Assembly (NCBI RefSeq): GCF_009914755.1
Contig: NC_060933.1
DNA length: 64,000 nt
Strand: one strand, 5' to 3'
Source: the human T2T-CHM13v2.0 reference genome, Homo sapiens
Positions 1-12,900 of the stretch are shown piece by piece. Below the pieces are notes generated by a model, which was not told the DNA's origin, did not search any database, and was given only the letters and a program-made list of their open reading frames with translations. Both the position numbers and the translations under genes were made by a program. How positions within the stretch are numbered: position 1 is the first letter of the stretch; each line of letters starts with the position of its first letter.

Positions 1-280
1 GGAAAGGAATCACCCCAAGTGCAGGGGAATTTAATGGAATGGAATGCAGTGGAATGGAATCATCCGGAATGGAATGGAATGGAATGGAATGGAACGGAAT
101 GGAATGGAATCAACTCGCTTTCAATGGAATGGAAAGGAATGGAATGGAATGGAATGCAATGGAATCGTACGGAATAGAATGGAATGGAACGAAATGGAAT
201 GTAATGGAATGGAATGGAATGGAATGGAATGGAATGGAATGGAACGGAATGGAATGGAATGGGTTCAACTCGAATGGAAT

Positions 281-470
281 GGAAAGGAATGGAATCAACA
301 CGAGTGGAATGGCATGGAATGGAATGGAATTGAATGAAATGGAATGGAATGGAATGGAATGAAATGTAATGGAATGGAAAGGAATGGAATCAACACGAGT
401 GGAATGGCATGGAATGGAATGGAATTGAATGAAATGGAATGGAATGGAATGGAATGAAATGTAATGGAAT
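281..470 (+). repeat. Perfect 95-bp tandem duplication
   Basis: 281-375 equals 376-470 (GGAAAGGAATGGAATCAACACGAGTGGAATGGCATGG...TGAATGAAAT...GAAATGTAATGGAAT). Confidence 0.9.
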
Positions 471-1579
471 GGAATGGAATGGAATCAACCCGAGTGCAAT
501 GTAATGGAATCGAATGGAATGGAATGGAATGGAATGGATTCAACCAGAATGGAAAGGAAAGGAATGGAATAAACCCGAGTGGAATGGCATGGAATGGAGT
601 GGAATGGAATGGAATGGAATGGAATGGAATGGTACGGAATAGAATGGAATGGAAGGAAATGGAATGGAATGGAATGGAATGGAATGGAATGGAATGGAAT
701 GAACCCGTGTGCAATAGAATGGAATCGAATGGAATGGAATGGATTGGAATGGATTGAACTCGAATGGAATGGAAAGGAATGGAATCAACCCGAGTGGAAT
801 GGCATGGAATGGAATGGAATGGAATGGAATGCAATCATTCCGAGTGGAATAGAAGGGAATGAATTCGAGTGGAATGGAAAGGAATGGAATCAACCAGAGT
901 GGAATGGAAGGGAATGGAATGGAATGGAAACTAATAAAATGGAATCAAAACGAGTGGAATGGAATGGAAAGGACTTGAATGGAATGGAATGGAATGGAAT
1001 GGAATGGAATGGAATGGAATCAACTCGATTGCTAGGGAATGTAAGGGAATGGAATGGAATGGAATTAACCCGAATAGAATGGAATGGAATGGAATGGAAT
1101 CAACCTGAGTGCAGGGGAATGGAATGCAATGGAATGCAATGGAATGGAATGGAATGGAATGCAATGGAATCAACTAGATTGCAATGGAATGAAATGGAAT
1201 GGAATGGAATGGAATGGAATGGAATGGAATGGAATTAACCTGAACAGAATGGAATGGAATGGAATGGAATGGAATGGAATGGAATGGAACGGAATGGAAT
1301 GGAATGGAATGGAATGGAATCAACCAGAGTGCAGGGGAATGGAATGGAATGGAATGCAATGGAATGGAATCATCCGGAATGGAATTGAATGGAATGGAAT
1401 GCAATGGAATGGAATCAATCAACCCGAGTGCAATGCAATGGAGTGTAATGGAATCGAATGGAATGGAAACTACCCGAATGGAATGGAATGTAATGGAGTG
1501 TAAGGGAATTGAATAGAATCAATCCGAATGTAATGGAATGGAATGGAACGGAATGAAATGGAATGGCATGGAATGGAAT

Positions 1580-2325
1580 GGAATCAACCCGAGTGCAATG
1601 GAATGGAATTGAACGGAATGGAATGGAAAGGAATGGATTCAACCCGAATGGAATGGAAAGGAATGTAATAAACCCGAGTGGAATGGCATGGAACGGAATG
1701 AAATGGAGTGGAATGGAATGGAATGGAATGGAATGGAATGGTACGGAATAGAATGGAATGGAACGAAATGGAATAGAATGGAATGGAATGGAATGGAATG
1801 AAACCGTGTGCAATGGAATGGAATGGAATGGAATGGAATGGAATGGAATGCAAGGGGTTCGACTCGAATGGAATGGAATGGAATGGAATCAACCCGAGTG
1901 GAATGGCATGGAATGGAATGGAATGGAATGGAATGGAATGGAATGGAATGGAAACAACACGAGTGCAATGTAATGGAATGGAATGGAATGGAATGGAATG
2001 GAATGGAATGGATTCAACCCGAATGGAATGGAAAGGAATGGAATAAACCCGAGTGGAATGGCATGGAATGGAGTCTAATGGAATGGAATGGAATGGAATG
2101 GTATGGAATAGAATGGAATGCAACGAAATGGAATGGAATGGAATGGAATGGAATGGAATGGAATGAAATGAACCCGTGTGCAATGGAATGGAATGGAATG
2201 GAATGGAATGGAATGGAATGGGTTCAACTCGAATGGAATGGAAAGGAATGGAATCAACCCGAGTAGAATGGCATGGAATGGAATGGAATGGAATGGAATG
2301 GAATGGAATGGAATGGAATGGAATC
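1580..2325 (+). repeat. Diverged ~370-375-bp tandem duplication (third copy at ~480-835)
   Basis: GGATTCAACC(C/A)GAAT...ATAAACCCGAGTGGAATGGCAT at ~536, ~1635 and ~2010; GAA(C/A)CCGTGTGCAAT at ~701, ~1800 and ~2170. Confidence 0.7.
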
Positions 2326-3060
2326 GTTCCGAGTGGAATAGGAGGGAATGTATTCGAGTGGAATGGAAAGGAATGGAATCAACCAGAGTGGAATGGAAGG
2401 GAATGGAATGGAATGGAAACTAATAGAATGGAATCAACCCGAGTGGAATGGAATGGAAAGGACTGGAATGGAATGGAATGGAATGATCAACTCGATTGTA
2501 ATAGAATGGAATGGAATGGAATGGAATGGAATGAAATGCCATGGAATGGAATTAACTCGAATACAATGGAATGGAATGGAATGGAAGGGAATGGACTGGA
2601 ATGGAATGGAATCAACCCGAGTGCAGGGAAATGGAATGGAATGGAATGCAATGGAATGGAATCATCCGGAATGGAATGGAATGGAATGGAATGCAAAGCA
2701 ATGGAATCAAGTCGATTGCAATGGAATGGAATGGAATGGAAAGGAATAGAATGGAATCAACCCGAGTGGAACGGAATGGAAAGGACTGGAATGGAGTGGA
2801 ATGGAATGGAATGGAATGGAATGGAATGGAATCAACTCGATTGGAATGGAATGGAATGGAATGGAATGGAATGGAATGGAATGGAATGGAATCAACTCGA
2901 TTGCAATCGAATGGAATGCAATGGAATTAACCCGAATAGAATGGAATGGAATGGAATGGAACGGAACGGAATGGAATGGAATGGAATGGAATGGAATGGA
3001 ATCAACGCGAGTGCAGGGGAATGGAATGGAATGGAATGCATTGGAATGGAATCTTCCGGA

Positions 3061-3180
3061 ATGGAATGGAATGGAATGGAATGGAATGAAATGCAATGGA
3101 TTCAACTCGATTGCAATGGAATGGAATGGAATGGAATGGAATGGAATGAAATGCAATGGATTCAACTCGATTGCAATGGA
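3061..3180 (+). repeat. Perfect 60-bp tandem duplication of the GAAATGCAATGGATTCAACTCGATTGCAAT module
   Basis: The lines beginning at 3061 and 3121 are identical. The paralogous doublet at 6291/6361 has a 70-bp period. Confidence 0.9.
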
Positions 3181-6100
3181 ATGGAATAGATTGGAATGGA
3201 ATGGAATGGAATGGAATGGAATGGAATGGAATGGAATGGAATTAACCCGAATAGAATGGAATGGAATGGAATGGAACGGAATGAAACGAAATGGAATGGA
3301 ATGGAATGGAATGGAATGGAATGGTATGGAATGGAATGGAATGGTACGGAATAGAATGGAATGGAACGAATTGTAATGGCATGGAATTGAATGGAATGGA
3401 ATGGAATGGAATGGAATGGAATCAACGCGAGTGCAGGGCAATGTAATGGAACGGAATGCAATGGAATGGAATCATCCGGAATGGAATGGAATGGAATGGA
3501 AAGGAATGGAATCAACCCGAGTGCAATGGAATGGAGTGGAATGGAATGGAATGGAATGGAACAACCCGAATGGAATGGAATGTAATGGAGAGTAAGGGAG
3601 TTGAATAGAATCAATCCGAATGTAATGGAATGGAATGCAACGGATTGGAATGGAATGGAATGGGATGGAATGCAATGGAATGGAATCAACCCGAGTACAA
3701 TGGAATGGAATGGAATGGAATGGAATGGAATGGAATGGAATGGAATGCCTTCAAACCGAATGGAATGGAAAGGAATGGAATCAACACGAGTGGAATGGAA
3801 TGGAATGGAATGGAATGGAATGGAATGGAATGGAATGATACGGAATAGAATGTAATGGAACGAAATGGAATGGAATGGAATGGAACGGAATGGAATGGAA
3901 TGGAATGGAATGGAATCGTTCCGAGTGGAATAGGAGGGAATGTATTCGAGTGGAATGGAAAGGAATGGAATCACCCAGAGTGGAATGGAAGAGAATGGAA
4001 TGGAATGGAAACTAATAGAATGGAATCAACCCGAGTGGAATGGAATGGAAAGGACTGGAATGGAATGGAATGGAATGGAATCAACCCGAGTGCAATGGAA
4101 TGGATTCGAATGGAATGGAATGGAATGGAATGGAATGGATTCAACAAGAATGGAATGGAAAGGAATGGATTCAACCCGAGTGTAATGGCATGGAATGGAA
4201 CGGAATGGAATGGGATGGAATAGAATGGTACGGAATAGAATGGAATGGAATGAAATGGAATGGAATGGAATGGAATGGAATGGAATGGAATGGAATCAAC
4301 TCGATTGCAATCGAATGGAATGGAATGGAATTAACCCGAATAGAATGGAATGGAATGGAATGGAATGGAACGGAATGGAATGGAATGGAATGGAATGGAA
4401 TGGAATGGAATGGAATTGAACGGAACGGAATGGAATGGAATGGAATGGAATGGAATGGAATGGAATGGAATGGAATCAACGCGAGTGCAGGGGAATGGAA
4501 TGGAATGGAATGCAATGGAATGGAATCTTCCGGAATGGAATGGAATGGAATGGAATGGAATGAAATGCAATGGATTCAACTCGATTGCAATGGAATGGAA
4601 TAGAATGGAATGGAATGGAATGGAATGGAATTAATCCGAATAGAATGGAATGGAATGGAAAGGAACAGAACGGAACGGAATGGAATGGAATGGAATGGTA
4701 TGTAATGGAATGGAATGGTACGGAATAGAATGGAATGGAGCGAATTGCAATGGAATGGAATTGAATGGAATGGAATGGAATGGAATGGAATGGAATCAAC
4801 GCGAGTGCAGGGGAATGTAATGGAACGGAATGCAATGGAATGGAATCACTCGGAATGGAATGGAATGGAATGGAATGGAATGGAATCAACCCGAGTGCAA
4901 TGGAATGGAGTGGAATGGAATGGAATGGAATGGAACAACCCGAATGGAATGGAATGTAATGGAGAGTAAGGGAGTTGAATAGAATCAATCCGAATGTAAT
5001 GGAATGGAATGCAACGGAATGGAATGGAATGGAATGGAATGGAATGCAATGGAATGGAATCAACTCGAGTACAATGGAATGGAATGGAATGGAATTGAAT
5101 GCAATGGAATGGAATCAACTCGAGTACAATGGAATGGAATGGAATGGAATGGAATGGAATGGAATGGAATGGAATGGAATGGAATTGAATAAAATGGAAT
5201 GCCTTCAAACCGAATGGAATGGAAAGGAATGGAATCACCACGAGTGGAAAGGAATGGAATGGAATAGAATGGTACGGAATAGAATGGAATGGAACGAACT
5301 GGAATGGAATGGAATGGAATGGAACGGAATGGAATGGAATGGAATGGAATCGTTCTGAGTGGAATAGGAGGGAATGTATTCGAGTGGAATGGAAAGGAAT
5401 GGAATCAACCAGATTGGAATGGAAGGGAATGGAATGGAATGGAAACTAATAGAATGGAATCAACCCGAGTGGAATGGAATGGAAAGGACTGGAATGGAAT
5501 TGAATGGAATGGAATTGAATGGAATCAACTACATTGTAATGGAATGGAATGGAATGGAATGGAATGGAATTAACCCGAATACAATGGAATGGACTAGAAT
5601 GGAACGGAATGGAGTGGAATGGAATGGAATCAACCCGAGTGCAGGGGAATGGAATGGAATGGAATGCAATGGAATGGAATCATCAGGAATGGAATGGAAT
5701 GGAATGGAATGCAAAGCAATGGAATCAACTCGATTGCAATGGAATGGAATGGAATGGAAAGGAATAGAACGGAATCAACCCGAGTGTAATGGAATGGAAA
5801 GGACTGGAATGGAGTGGAATGGAATGGAATGGAATGGAATGGAATCAACTCGATTGGAATGGAATGGAATGGAATGGAAAGGAATGGAATGGAATTAACC
5901 CGAATAGAATGGAATGGAATGGAATGGAACGGAATGGAATGGAATGGAATGGAATGGAATGGAATCAACCCGACTGCAGGGGAATGGAATGGAATGGAAT
6001 GCAATAGAATGGAATCATCCGGAACGGAATGGAATGGAATGGAATGGAATCAACTCGATTGCAATCGAATGAAATGCAATGGAATTAACCCGAATAGAAT

Positions 6101-7294
6101 GGAATGGAATGGAATGGAACGGAACGGAATGGAATGGAATGGAATGGAATGAAATGGAACGGAACGGAACGGAATGGAATGGAATGGAATGGAATGGAAT
6201 GGAATCAACGCGAGTGCAGGGGAATGGAATGGAATGGAATGCAATGGAATGGAATCTTCCGGAATGGAATGGAATGGAATGGAATGGAATGAAATGCAAT
6301 GGATTCAACTCGATTGCAATGGAATGGAATGGAATGGAATGGAATGGAATGGAATGGAATGAAATGTAATGGATTCAACTCGATTGCAATGGAATGGAAT
6401 AGATTGGAATGGAATGGAATGGAATTAACCCGAATAGAATGGAATGGAATGGAATGGAACGGAATGGAACGGAACGGAATGGAATGGAATGGAATGGAAT
6501 GGAATGGAATGGAATCAACGCGAGTGCAGGGGAATGTAATGGAACGGAATGCAATGGAACGGAATCATCCGGAATGGAATGGAATGGAATGGAATGGAAT
6601 GCAATCAACCCGAGTGCAATGGAATGGAGTGGTATGGAATGGAATGGAATGGAACAACCCGAATGGAATGGAATGGAATGGAGAGTAAGGGAGTTGAATA
6701 GAATCAATCCGAATGTAATGGAATGGAATGCAACGGATTGGAATGGAATGGAATGCAATGGAATGGAATCAACCCAAGTACAATGGAATGGAATGGAATG
6801 GAATGGAATGGAATGGAATGGAATGCCTTCAAACCGAATGGAATGGAAAGGAATGGAATCAACACGAGTGGAATGTAATGGAATGGAATGGAAGGGAATG
6901 GAATGGAATGGAATGGAATGATACGGAACAGAATGGAATGGAACGAAATGGAATGGAATGGAATGGAATGGAATGGAATGGAATGGAATGGAATGGAATG
7001 GAATCGTTCCGAGTAGAATAGGAGTGAATGTATTCGAGTGGAATGGAAAGGAATGGAATCACCCAGAGTGGAATGGAAGAGAATGGAATGGAATGGAAAC
7101 TAATAGAATGGAATCAACCCGAGTGGAATGGAATGGAAAGGACTGGAATGGAATGGAATGGAATGGAATGGAATGGAATGAAATGGAATGGAATCAACAC
7201 GATTGGAATGGAATGTAATGGAATGGAATGGAATGAAATGGAATGGAATCAACTCGATTGCAATGGAATGGAATGGAATGGAATGAAATGGAAT

Positions 7295-9960
7295 GGAATT
7301 AACCCGAATACAATGGAATGGAATGGAATGGAATGGTACGGAATGGAGTGGAATGGAATGGAATCAACCAGAGTGCTGGGGAATGGAATGGACTGGAATG
7401 CAATGGAATGGAATCATCCGGAATGGAATGGAATGGAATGGAATGCAAAGCAATGGAATCAACTCGATTGCAATGGAATGGAATGGAATGGAAAGGAATA
7501 CATTGGAATCACCCCGAGTGGAATGGAATGGAAAGGACTGGAATGGAGTGGAATGGAATGGAATGGAATGGAATGCAATCAACTCGATTGGAATGGAATG
7601 GAATGGAATGGTACGGAATAGAATGGAATGGAACGAATTGTAATGGAATGGAATTGAATGGAATGGAATGGAATGGAATGGAATCAACGCGAGTGCAGGG
7701 GAATGTAATGGAACGGAATGCAATGGAATGGAATGGAATGGAAAGGAATACACTGGAATCAACCCGAGTGGAATGGAATGGAAAGGACTGGAATGGAGTG
7801 GAATGGAATGGAATGGAATGGAATGGAATCAACTCGATTGGAATGGAATGGAATGGAATGGTACGGAATAGAATGGAATGGAACGAATTGTAATGGAATG
7901 AAATTGAATGGAATGGAATGGAATGGAATGGAATCAAGGCGAGTGCAGGGGAATGTAATGGAACGGAATGCAATGGAATGGAATCATCCGGAATGGAATG
8001 GAATGGAATGGAATGGAATGGAATCAACCCGAGTGCAATGGAATGGAGTTTAATGGAATGGAATGGAATGGAACAACCCGAATGGAATGGAATGTAATGG
8101 AGAGTAAGGGAGTTGAATAGAATCAATCCGAATGTAATGGAATGGAATGCAACGGAATGGAATGGAATGGAATGGAATGGAATGCAATGGAATGGAATCA
8201 ACCGGAGTACAATGGAATGGAATGGAATGGAATGGAATGGAATGGAATGGAATGATACGGAATAGAATGGAATGGAACGAAATGGTATGGAATGGAATAG
8301 AATGCAATGGAATGGAATGGAATTGTTCCGAGGGAATAGGAGGGAATGTATTCGAGTGGAATGGAAAGGAATGGAATCAACCAGAGTGGAATGGAAGGGA
8401 ATGGAATGGAATGGAAACTAATAGAATGGAATCAACCCGAGTGGAATGGAATGGAAAGGACTGGAATGGAATGGAATGGAATGGAATGGAATGGAATGGA
8501 ATTAACCCGAATACAATGGAATGGAATGGAATGGAACGCAATGGAGTGGAATGGAATGGAATCAACCCGAGGGCAGGGGAATGGAATGGAATGGAATGCA
8601 ATGGAATGCAATCATCCGGAATGGAATGGAATGGAATGGAATGCAAAGCAATGGAATCAACTCGATGGCAATGGAATGGAATGGAATGGAAAGGAATACA
8701 TTGGAATCACCCCGAGTGGAATGGAATGGAAAGGACTGGAATGGAGTGGAATGGAATGGAATGGAATGGAATGCAATCACCTCGATTGGAATGGAATGGA
8801 ATGGAATGGTACGGAATAGAATGGAATGGAAAGAATTGTAATGGAATGGAATTGAATGGAATGGAATGGAATGGAATGGAATCAACGCGAGTGCAGGGGA
8901 ATGTAATGGAACGGAATGCAATGGAATGGAATGGAATGGAAAGGAATACATTGGAATCAACCCGAGTGGAATGGAATGGAAAGGACTGGAATGGAGTGGA
9001 ATGGAATGGAATGGAATGGAATGGAATCAACTCGATTGGAATGGAATGGAATGGAATGGTACGGAATAGAATGGAATGGAACGAATTGTAATGGAATGAA
9101 ATTGAATGGAATGGAATGGAATGGAATGGAATCAACGCGAGTGCAGGAGAATGTAATGGAACGGAATGCAATGGAATGGAATCATCCGGAATGGAATGGA
9201 ATGGAATGGAATGGAATGGAATCAACCCGAGTGCAATGGAATGGAGTGTAATGGAATGGAATGGAATGGAACAACCCGAATGGAATGGAATGTAATGGAG
9301 AGTAAGGGAGTTGAATAGAATCAATCCGAATGTAATGGAAAGGAATGAAACGGAATGGAATGGAATGGAATGCAATGGAATGCAATGGAATGGAATCAAC
9401 CGGAGTACAATGGAATGGAATGGAATGGAATGGAATGGAATGGAATGGAATGGAATGGAATGGAATGGAATGATACGGAATAGAATGGAATGGAACGAAA
9501 TGGTATGGAATGGAATAGAATGCAATGGAATGGAATAGAATTGTTCCGAGGGAATAGGAGGGAATGTATTCGAGTGGAATGGAAAGGAATGGAATCAACC
9601 AGAGTGGAATGGAAGGGAATGGAATGGAATGGAAACTAATAGAATGGAATCAACCCGAGTGGAATGGAATGGAAAGGACTGGAATGGAATGGAATGGAAT
9701 GGAATGGAATGGAATGGAATGGAATTAACCCGAATACAATGGAATGGAATGGAATGGAACGGAATGGAGTGGAATGGAATGGAATCAACCCGAGGGCAGG
9801 GGAATGGAATGGAATGGAATGCAATGGAAAGCAATCATCCGGAATGGAATGGAATGGAATGGAATGCAAAGCAATGGAATCAACTCGATTGCAATGGAAT
9901 GGAATGGAATGGAAAGGAATACATTGGAATCAACCCGAGTGGAATGGAATGGAAAGGACT
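7295..9960 (+). repeat. ~1.2-kb tandem duplication (two units plus a partial third) with a nested 250-bp duplication
   Basis: Private variants repeat at offsets of 1198-1223: ATCACCCCGAGT 7508/8706, CCGGAGTAC 8202/9400, TTGTTCCGAGGGAATAGG 8323/9541, CAACCCGAGGGCAGGGG ~8563/~9786. AAGGAATACA(T/C)TGG occurs at ~7493/7743 and 8691/8941 (250-bp period). Confidence 0.88.
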
Positions 9961-12900
9961 GGAATGGAGTGGAATGGAATGGAATGGAATGGAATGGAAT
10001 GGAATGGAATGGAATCAACTCGATTGGAATGGAATGGAATGGAATGGAATGGAATGGAATTAACCCGAGTAGAATGGAATGGAATGGAATGGAACGGAAC
10101 GGAACAGAACGGAACGGAATGGAATGGAATGGAACAGAACGGAACGGAATGGAATGGAATGGAAAGGAATCAACGCGAGTGCAGGGGAATGGAATGGAAT
10201 GGAATGAAATGGAATGGAATCTGCCAGAATGGAATGGAATGGAATGGAATACAATGGAATGGAATGGAATGGAATGGAATGGAATCAACCCGAGTACAGG
10301 GGAATGGAATGGAATGTAATGCAATGGAATGGAATCATCCGTAATGGAATGGAAAGGAATGGAATGGAATGGAATGGAATGCAATGGATTCAACTGGATT
10401 GCAATGAAATGGAATAGAATGGAATGGAATGGAATGGAATGGAATGGAATGGAATGGAATTAACCCGAATAGAATGGAATGGAATGGTATGGAACGGAAC
10501 GGAACGGAACGGAACCGAACGGAACGGAATGGAATGGAATGGAATGGAATGGAATGGAATGGAATTGTATGGAATGGAATGGAATGGTACAGAATAGAAT
10601 GGAATGGAAAGAATTGGAATGGAATGGAATCGAATGGAATGGAATCGAATGGAATGGAATGGAATGGAATGGAATGGAATGGAACCAACCCGAGTGCAAT
10701 GGAATGGATTGGAATGGAATGGAATGGAATGGAGCAACTCGAATGGAATGGAATGTAATGGAGAGTAAGGGAGTTGAATAGAATAAATCCGAATGTAATG
10801 GAATGGAATGGAACGGAATGGAATGGAATGGAATTGAATGGAATGCAATGGAATGGAATCAACCCGAGTACAATGGAATGGAATGGAAAGGAATGGAATG
10901 GAATGGAATGGAATGGAATGGAATGGAATGGAATCAACCCGAGTGCAATGGAATAGAGAGGAAAGGAATGGAATGGAATGGAAACTACCCGTATGGCATG
11001 GAATGTAATGAAGTGTAAGGGAATTGAATAGAATCAATCCGAATGGCATGGAATGTAATGGAACGGAATGTAATGTAATGGACTGGAATGGAATCAACCC
11101 GAGTGCAGGGGAATGGAATGGAATGGAATGCAATGGAATGGAATCATCCGGAATGGAATGGAATGGAATGGAATGGAATCAACCCGAGTGCAAAGGAATG
11201 GAGTGAAATGGAATGGAATGGAATGGAAACAACCAGAATGGATTGGAATATAATGGAGTGTAAGGGAATTGAATAGAATCAATCTGAATGTAATGAAATG
11301 GAATGGAACGGAATGGAATGGAATGCAATGGAATGGAATGGAATGGAATGGAATGGAATGCAATGGAATGGAATCAACCCGAGTGCAATCGAATGGAATC
11401 GAATGGAATGGAATGCAATGGAATGGATTCAACTTGAATGGAAAGGAAAGAATGGAATCAACACGAGTGGAATGGCATGGATTGGAATGGAATGGAATGG
11501 AATCAACCCGAGTACAGGAGAATGGAATGGAATGGAATGCAATGGAATAGAATCATCCGTAATGGAATGGAAAGGAATGGAATGGAATGGAATGGAATGG
11601 AATGGAATGGAATGGAATCAACTCGATTGCAATCGAATGGAATGGAATGGAATTAACGCGAATAGAATGGAATGGAATGGAATGGAACGGAACGGAATGA
11701 AATGGAATGGAACGGAAAGGAATGGAATGGAATGGAATGGAATGGAATGGAATGGAATGGAATGGAATGGAATCAACGCGAGTGCAGGGGAATGTAATGG
11801 AACGGAATGCAACGGAATGGAATCATCCGGAATGGAATGGAATGGAATGGAATGCAAAGCAATGGAATCAACTCGATTGCAATGGAATGGAATGGAATGG
11901 AAAGGAATAGAATGGAATCAACCCGAGTGTAATGGAATGGAAAGGACTGGAATGGAGTGGAATGGAATGGAATGGAATGGAATGGAATGGAATCAACTCG
12001 GTTGGAATGGAATGGAATGGAATGGAATGGAATGGAATGGAATGGAATTAACCCGAATAGTATGGAATGGAATGGAATGGAACGGAATGGAATGGAATGG
12101 AATGGAATGGAATGGAATCAACCCGACTGCAGGGGAATGGAATGGAATGGAATGGAATGGAATGGAATGGAATGGAATCATCCGGAACGGAATGGAATGG
12201 AATGGAGTGGAATCAACTCGATTGCAATGGAATGGAAGGGAATTGAATGGAATCGAATGTAATGGAATGGAATTAACCGGAATAGAATGGAATGGAATGG
12301 AATGGAACGGAATGGAATGGAATGGAATGGAATGGAATGGAATGGAATGGAATGGAATGGAATCAACCCGAGTGCAGGGGAATGGAATGGAATGGAGTGC
12401 AATAGAATGGAATCATCCGGAATGGAATGGAATGGAATGGAATGCCATCAACCTGATGCAATGGAATGGAGTGGAATGGAATGGAATGGAATGGAAACAT
12501 CCCGAATGGAATGGAATGTAATGGAGTGTAAGGGAATTGAATAGAATCAATCCGAATGTAATGGAATGGAATGGAATGAAATGGAACGGAATGGAATGGA
12601 ATGGAATCAACCCGAGTGCAATGGAATGGATTCGAATGGAATGGAATGGAATGGAATGGATTCAACAAGAATGGAATGGAAAGGAATGGATTCAACCCGA
12701 GTGTAATGGCATGGAATGGTACGGAATGGAATGGGATGGAATAGAATGGTACGGAATAGAATGGAATGGAATGAAATGGAATGGAATGGAATGGACTGGA
12801 ATGGAATGGAATGGAATGAACCCGTGTGCAATGGAATGGAATGGAATGAAATGGATTCAACTCGAATGGAATCAACTGGATTGCAATGGAATGGAATGGA

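Noticed and set aside
2336-2352. Shine-Dalgarno-like AGGAGG upstream of ATG (ATAGGAGGGAATG)
   Set aside because: This is a chance match within a repeated satellite module, and the downstream frame is only the repeat peptide.
2320-2360. Other GAA/TTC combinations as HSEs (GAATCGTTCC, GAATGTATTCG, GGATTCGAAT, GCCTTCAAACCGAA)
   Set aside because: The spacing between GAA and TTC is 3, 4, 0 or 5 nt instead of the required 2, so these are not canonical HSEs.
3010-3025. G-quadruplex potential from GCAGGGG / AGGAGGG / AAGGG words
   Set aside because: Runs of three or more G are isolated and too far apart for a canonical G4. The GG backbone is better known to form G-A-paired fold-backs.
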